Shown piece by piece: positions 59,701-64,000 of a stretch of 64,000 nt of DNA. Below the pieces are notes generated by a model, which worked only from the letters and a program-made list of their open reading frames with translations, was not told where the DNA came from and ran no database searches. This DNA is from Eledone cirrhosa. Taxonomy: Eukaryota. A program made the translations under genes and the position numbers. Where the stretch lies: positions 23,808,001 to 23,872,000 of the forward strand of contig OZ024750.1 of the NCBI GenBank assembly GCA_964016885.1, in the 5' to 3' direction. Positions within the stretch are counted from its first letter, which is position 1. Each line of letters begins with the position of its first letter.

Positions 59701-62700
59701 AAAGTCAGAAGGAATGATTTGTTGTATCTGATCAGGCTCTAGGCATAATACTTCTTGCAAGCCGGTCATATAACAGCTTCTATCTCTCCACACGGCTCTT
59801 TATATTTCATTAAAGTCAGCAAGGTCTATTGAGCTGCATGGGTTCGGTAGCAGCAGAGAGCAGAAAGGCAGTACTCTATGGCCAGGTTTGTTTTTCCATA
59901 TTCACAGATGGCTGAGCTAGCCCTGTAGCCTCAATAGACCAAAACAGCTTTTGATTGTCCCATTCTCGTTCTGAGACAGTCACTGATCCCATGGGGCTTC
60001 TGAGCCAGAAGAGAGAGTTTACAGGTCAGTTGGAGGGTCATTCTCAAGTCCCCCACTCCATCCCAGCTCCTCATCCAAAGCTTGAATTACCTGCAAATCC
60101 ATCTAAACAGTTCAAAATATAGCTGAGATATAATGGTTTCTGATGTAGGCAGAAAACCATCAATTTTGGGGAAGGATAAAGTTGATTAAATCGCTCCAAG
60201 TGCATTACTGGTACGTTACTTTATCGACCCCGTAAGAATGAAAGGCAAAATTAACCTCGGCAGGATTTGAACTCAGAATGTCAATGGCCGTAACTATATA
60301 CTGCAAAGCATGTTGTCCGACGCTCTACTGATACTGCCAATCCCCCACCCTTTAGCTGAGACATAGCAATAGTCAGAAGCTCAATGAATGCCAGAATCAT
60401 GTTTCAAAGAACTGTATAATTTGTGCAAACCATTTTATAATGTTTTTGACTATTCTTATTCTGTATATTTTTCATCTTTTTCAGTTCACTTACATAATCG
60501 CTTCCTTTTGTCCATCTTAGCAAAATGTCAAGTTTTAAGTAATGCACCAGGTAAAATTCTATTGTTTCTTCTACGTCATCACTTTATGTCTGTTTCTGCA
60601 TGCTGGCATGTGTTGGACATACGATATTTAGGCATAGTTTCTCCAGCAGGTTGCCCTTCCTAATGCCAACCACTTTACAGTGTGTAGTAACTGCATTTAT
60701 TATGGCACAAACACAAAAGAGGTTGTCAGGTTCTTAATAGGACAAAGGTTCTCTACTCTGTGTTGACTTGGTTCATTCGTCAGCCAGATCTGTCCATCAT
60801 CATCATCCTCCATATATATATATATATATATATGGGGGGGGGGGGGGAGTGACTTCTTGCTTCTTTAGAAATGTTTTTTAGCTCTTATAACTAAGGTTCT
60901 CTTGTGTCAAGTCATGTCTGGCTGATTAAGAAATCTGCTTTGCAACCATGTTGTTTCAGGTTTAATCCCACTGTGTAGCACCTTAAAGGGATATCTTCCA
61001 CTATATGCTTGGCTTGACCAATACCTTATGAATAGAATTTGGTACATAAAAAATCTGTTGAAGCCTGGCATGTGTATGTATGTGTATATATATATATATA
61101 TATATATTGTTCCTGAGTGAGATGCTTCATTTCACATTGCTAAAAAAAAATGAGTACTACCATCACCACCTGGGGGTTAATCAATGCCATGACCTTGTGT
61201 CCAATCCAGGGGAGCCTTTTCATGATGGGACAGAAGCTCCTATGATTAAAACGCCCAAGAAACCTCCCATGAGATGCAACATCATAGGAGACCAAGAAAA
61301 CTTTCATAAGTGTGACCTATAACAACAACAGTATCAACAATAACATCTTTGTTAAAGTCTGCCTTGTATCTAGTGACCTTTGAATATAGCAGTAGTGATA
61401 AGTTATGTCTTTGTTACAGTCTGCCCTGTTTCTCTCTCTCAGACCAGAATATTCACATGTTCTTTTGCAGCTCCTGCAGAAAAATCTCCGAGCGCCTCCA
61501 ATTCTTCTCCCAAACAGAAACCACCAAAGGGTAAAAGGAAGACATCAGCTGCAGCAACCAATAGAAACAATTATACAGTAAGTTATAGAATATTTCTTAA
61601 TCCTTGACATACACTGTATTTCATCAACATTGTCATTTTACATTTGTTGGAATGGTCATTATGATCAGAGACAAATGTGTTGGAGAGATTGCATCATGCT
61701 ATTACATTCCATATTTAGTATGGTTTCTACTGTTCAATGCCCTTCCTAACACCAACCACTTTACAGTGTGTACAGGGTGTATTTTATCATGGCACCAGTA
61801 TCACCATTTTACAAAGTGTAGAGTATATTTTATTGTAGTACCAGCACTACAACTTTACCGAGTGCATGTTATCATGGTGCCAGCACTAAAGAGATTGTCA
61901 TATGTTAACCCATGAAGAATTTTGAGGGATAACTTAACAAATTGTTCTCATGTAAAATTACATTGAAACCCTTTAAAATGGGAGGTTTTGTTTCATAGAA
62001 CCTGAGCCAGTTTTGGCTAGATTTGTATCAAATCAGTGAATGTATATATATTCTTCAACACAAAAGCTGGGCCTAGAGGTTGGGGTGGTGGTCTCATGAT
62101 CATAGTATCATGGATTTTATCCCTAGATCAGACAACATTTTGTGTCTTTGAGCAGAGCTTTCATTTTAGATACAATTATCCTGATTAGAATAGGTACACT
62201 ATATCCCTGCATGTTGTAAAAGGCAACTAAAAGGGTTGGTGCGAAGAAGGGCTGTAAAATATTGCCTCAAAAAGGACCCCATGATAATTATGAAGCCTGT
62301 TATGTGGCCCACAAAAAATGGACTTAAAGCACTTGTTAATCTTCATGTATATTTCTATCTGAAAATTTTGTTACACTATCTTATAAATGTTTCTAAACTA
62401 TATTATATTTATTAATTCCAGCAAAAATTTATACCTGTGAATCCTATATCTTATGCTCCTGTTGTTAGTCCACGTAGTTTGGAAGATGACATGAATGTGG
62501 GTAAGTCTCATCTAATTCAAGCACTTACCACTTTATGCAACTCATAGGCTTCTTATACATCTCATGTCCATAACAGCACAGACATCTCCCTTCACACAGC
62601 ATCTTATTCCTCTGCTATATCACTTTTCTCTCTGCTCACATATGTTCTGTTGTTCATGCACACTACACACACAAGACGCAAGTCCAGGACAGGGGGCTTT

Positions 62701-63446
62701 ATGGAAAACTAGTAGTCACCCATGTATACTCCTCTCTCTAGGCCACTGATTTTGTCTAGGAGAAAGGCAAAAGCTGATACAGCTTGGCACCAGTGACATT
62801 ACAACTGATTTTTTCCAGTTAAGTAGACTGGAGCAAAATTAAATAAAGTGTCTTGTCCAAGTACACATCATCCTGTCTAGAACTCAATAAACTTATAATC
62901 ACCAGCCCAACACTCTACTGATATATGCATGCTTACATCATCATCATGATTTAACATCTGCTTTCTTTGTTGGTATGGGTTAGTATGAGACTAAATAGGT
63001 CATCTGTATATTTGGCATGATTTCTATGGCTGGATGCCCTTCCTAATGCCAACCACCTTGTAGAGTGTACCAGGTGCATTTTATCATGACATCAACACTA
63101 CAACTTTACATAGTATACTGGGTACATTTTATAGTCGTATTAACACTACCACTTTACAGAGTGTACTGGGTATATTTTATCATGGCGTCAACACTACAAC
63201 TTTACAGAATACACTACCACTTTGCAGAGCGTACAGGGTGCACCAACACTATTACTGGGTATACTAGGTGCCTTTTATCATTGCATAACTAATATATTTT
63301 ATTTCATTTTGTAAGGATTTTCCTCACGAGAAGCCACATTACCAGATATTTCCATGGTTCATGGTCGTATGTATGTTTGTGCCTGGGAGAATGGTCTAGA
63401 TGATGTGGCAGAGAATGCAGTGAAATTCGTCATGACAGCAGTAGAA
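55748..63446 (+). CDS. TADA1: Transcriptional adapter 1 (SAGA subunit), 5' part, 7 exons, continues beyond the window
   Basis: Exons 55748-55824, 58703-58739, 59313-59367, 60485-60550, 61471-61577, 62422-62500, 63316-63446 give MEVNVSINLNVIKKDLTEALGDSINSYQQSLKAWFRQKMSKEEFDMEARKML...HLHNRFLLSILAKCQ...LPDISMVHGRMYVCAWENGLDDV, matching SAGA-Tad1 family motifs. Confidence 0.92.
56010..56600 (+). mobile_element. Internally deleted RTE-like element
   Basis: RTE-like 5' UTR followed by a terminal C2H2-like remnant CSVCTGVFKSLAGLKSHTR; related 3' end at about 20705-20797. Confidence 0.6.
58703..58739 (+). CDS. TADA1: TADA1 exon 2
   Basis: cag|YQQSLKAWFRQK|gtgagt. Confidence 0.88.
59313..59367 (+). 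CDS. TADA1: TADA1 exon 3
   Basis: tag|MSKEEFDMEARKMLKADM|gtaagt. Confidence 0.9.
60485..60550 (+). CDS. TADA1: TADA1 exon 4
   Basis: cag|HLHNRFLLSILAKCQVLSNAP|gtaaa. Confidence 0.9.
61471..61577 (+). CDS. TADA1: TADA1 exon 5 (low-complexity linker; acceptor less certain)
   Basis: gcag|PAEKSPSASNSSPKQKPPKGKRK...NY T|gtaagt; phase fits its neighbours. Confidence 0.75.
62422..62500 (+). CDS. TADA1: TADA1 exon 6
   Basis: cag|QKFIPVNPISYAP...EDDMNV|gtaagt. Confidence 0.85.
63316..63446 (+). CDS. TADA1: TADA1 exon 7
   Basis: aag|FSSREATLPDISMVHGRMYVCAWENGLDDVAENAVKFVMTAVE|gtaagt. Confidence 0.9.
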
Positions 63447-63794
63447 GTAAGTATCTTTTTACTCATATTTTTCTGTGTGTTTACTTTATATTTCCATGTA
63501 TTCAGTGATATCTCAAGGTGGTGAATTTGCAGAGTCGTTAGGGCATCAGAATGCTTTAATGCTTTTCAGTATTCATTCCGGCTCTTATCGTTCAAATTCT
63601 GATGAAACCAACTTTGCCTCCACCTCTCAATTGGCTATGTGAAGGCACCAGAAAATGAGCATTCACATTGCAACCCTAATAAATCCTTTATCCTTTCACT
63701 GTGGGCACATAAGAAAAAGACATATCTTCCTATCTTTTCATTGATATCTTTCATTGTGGACTGGATGCTTTTTGTCGTGACACTTACATGACCA

Positions 63795-63842
<48 letters not shown>

Positions 63843-64000
63843 TTGTTTCTACTTTAGGCACAAGGCCAGCAATTACCCAGTACATTACTGGTACTTTATT
63901 TTATCGACCCCGTAAGGATGAAAGGCAAAGTTAACCTCGGCAGGATTTGAACTCAGATTGTAAAGGGACGTAACTATGCTTGAAAGCATGGCGTCCAACC

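Overview
AT-rich, microsatellite- and SINE-dense animal genomic DNA; the repeat landscape resembles a coleoid cephalopod such as Octopus (inference). Three spliced genes were reconstructed by hand with phase-consistent GT-AG junctions: the 3' half of TECPR1 (+, 12 exons, 3318-19846), complete SURF4 (-, 4 exons, 55207-33983, 270 aa, C-terminal KKNW) and the 5' part of TADA1 (+, 7 exons, 55748-63446). SURF4 and TADA1 share a 540-bp divergent promoter. Introns carry decayed U2 snRNA and 5S rRNA copies, about 13 TTAA-flanked piggyBac-type MITEs, tRNA-derived SINEs, RTE, CRE-like and Penelope-like retroelement fragments, and several minisatellites. The most interesting signal is a set of unrelated long foldback (palindromic) elements set in (TA)n tracts. 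Several carry minimal type-I hammerhead-ribozyme motifs (CUGANGA-stem II-GAAA-1 bp stem III-NUH) or have their inversion point inside such a motif, and a Penelope-like RT remnant lies in the same window. All calls are by eye; no database searches were run.
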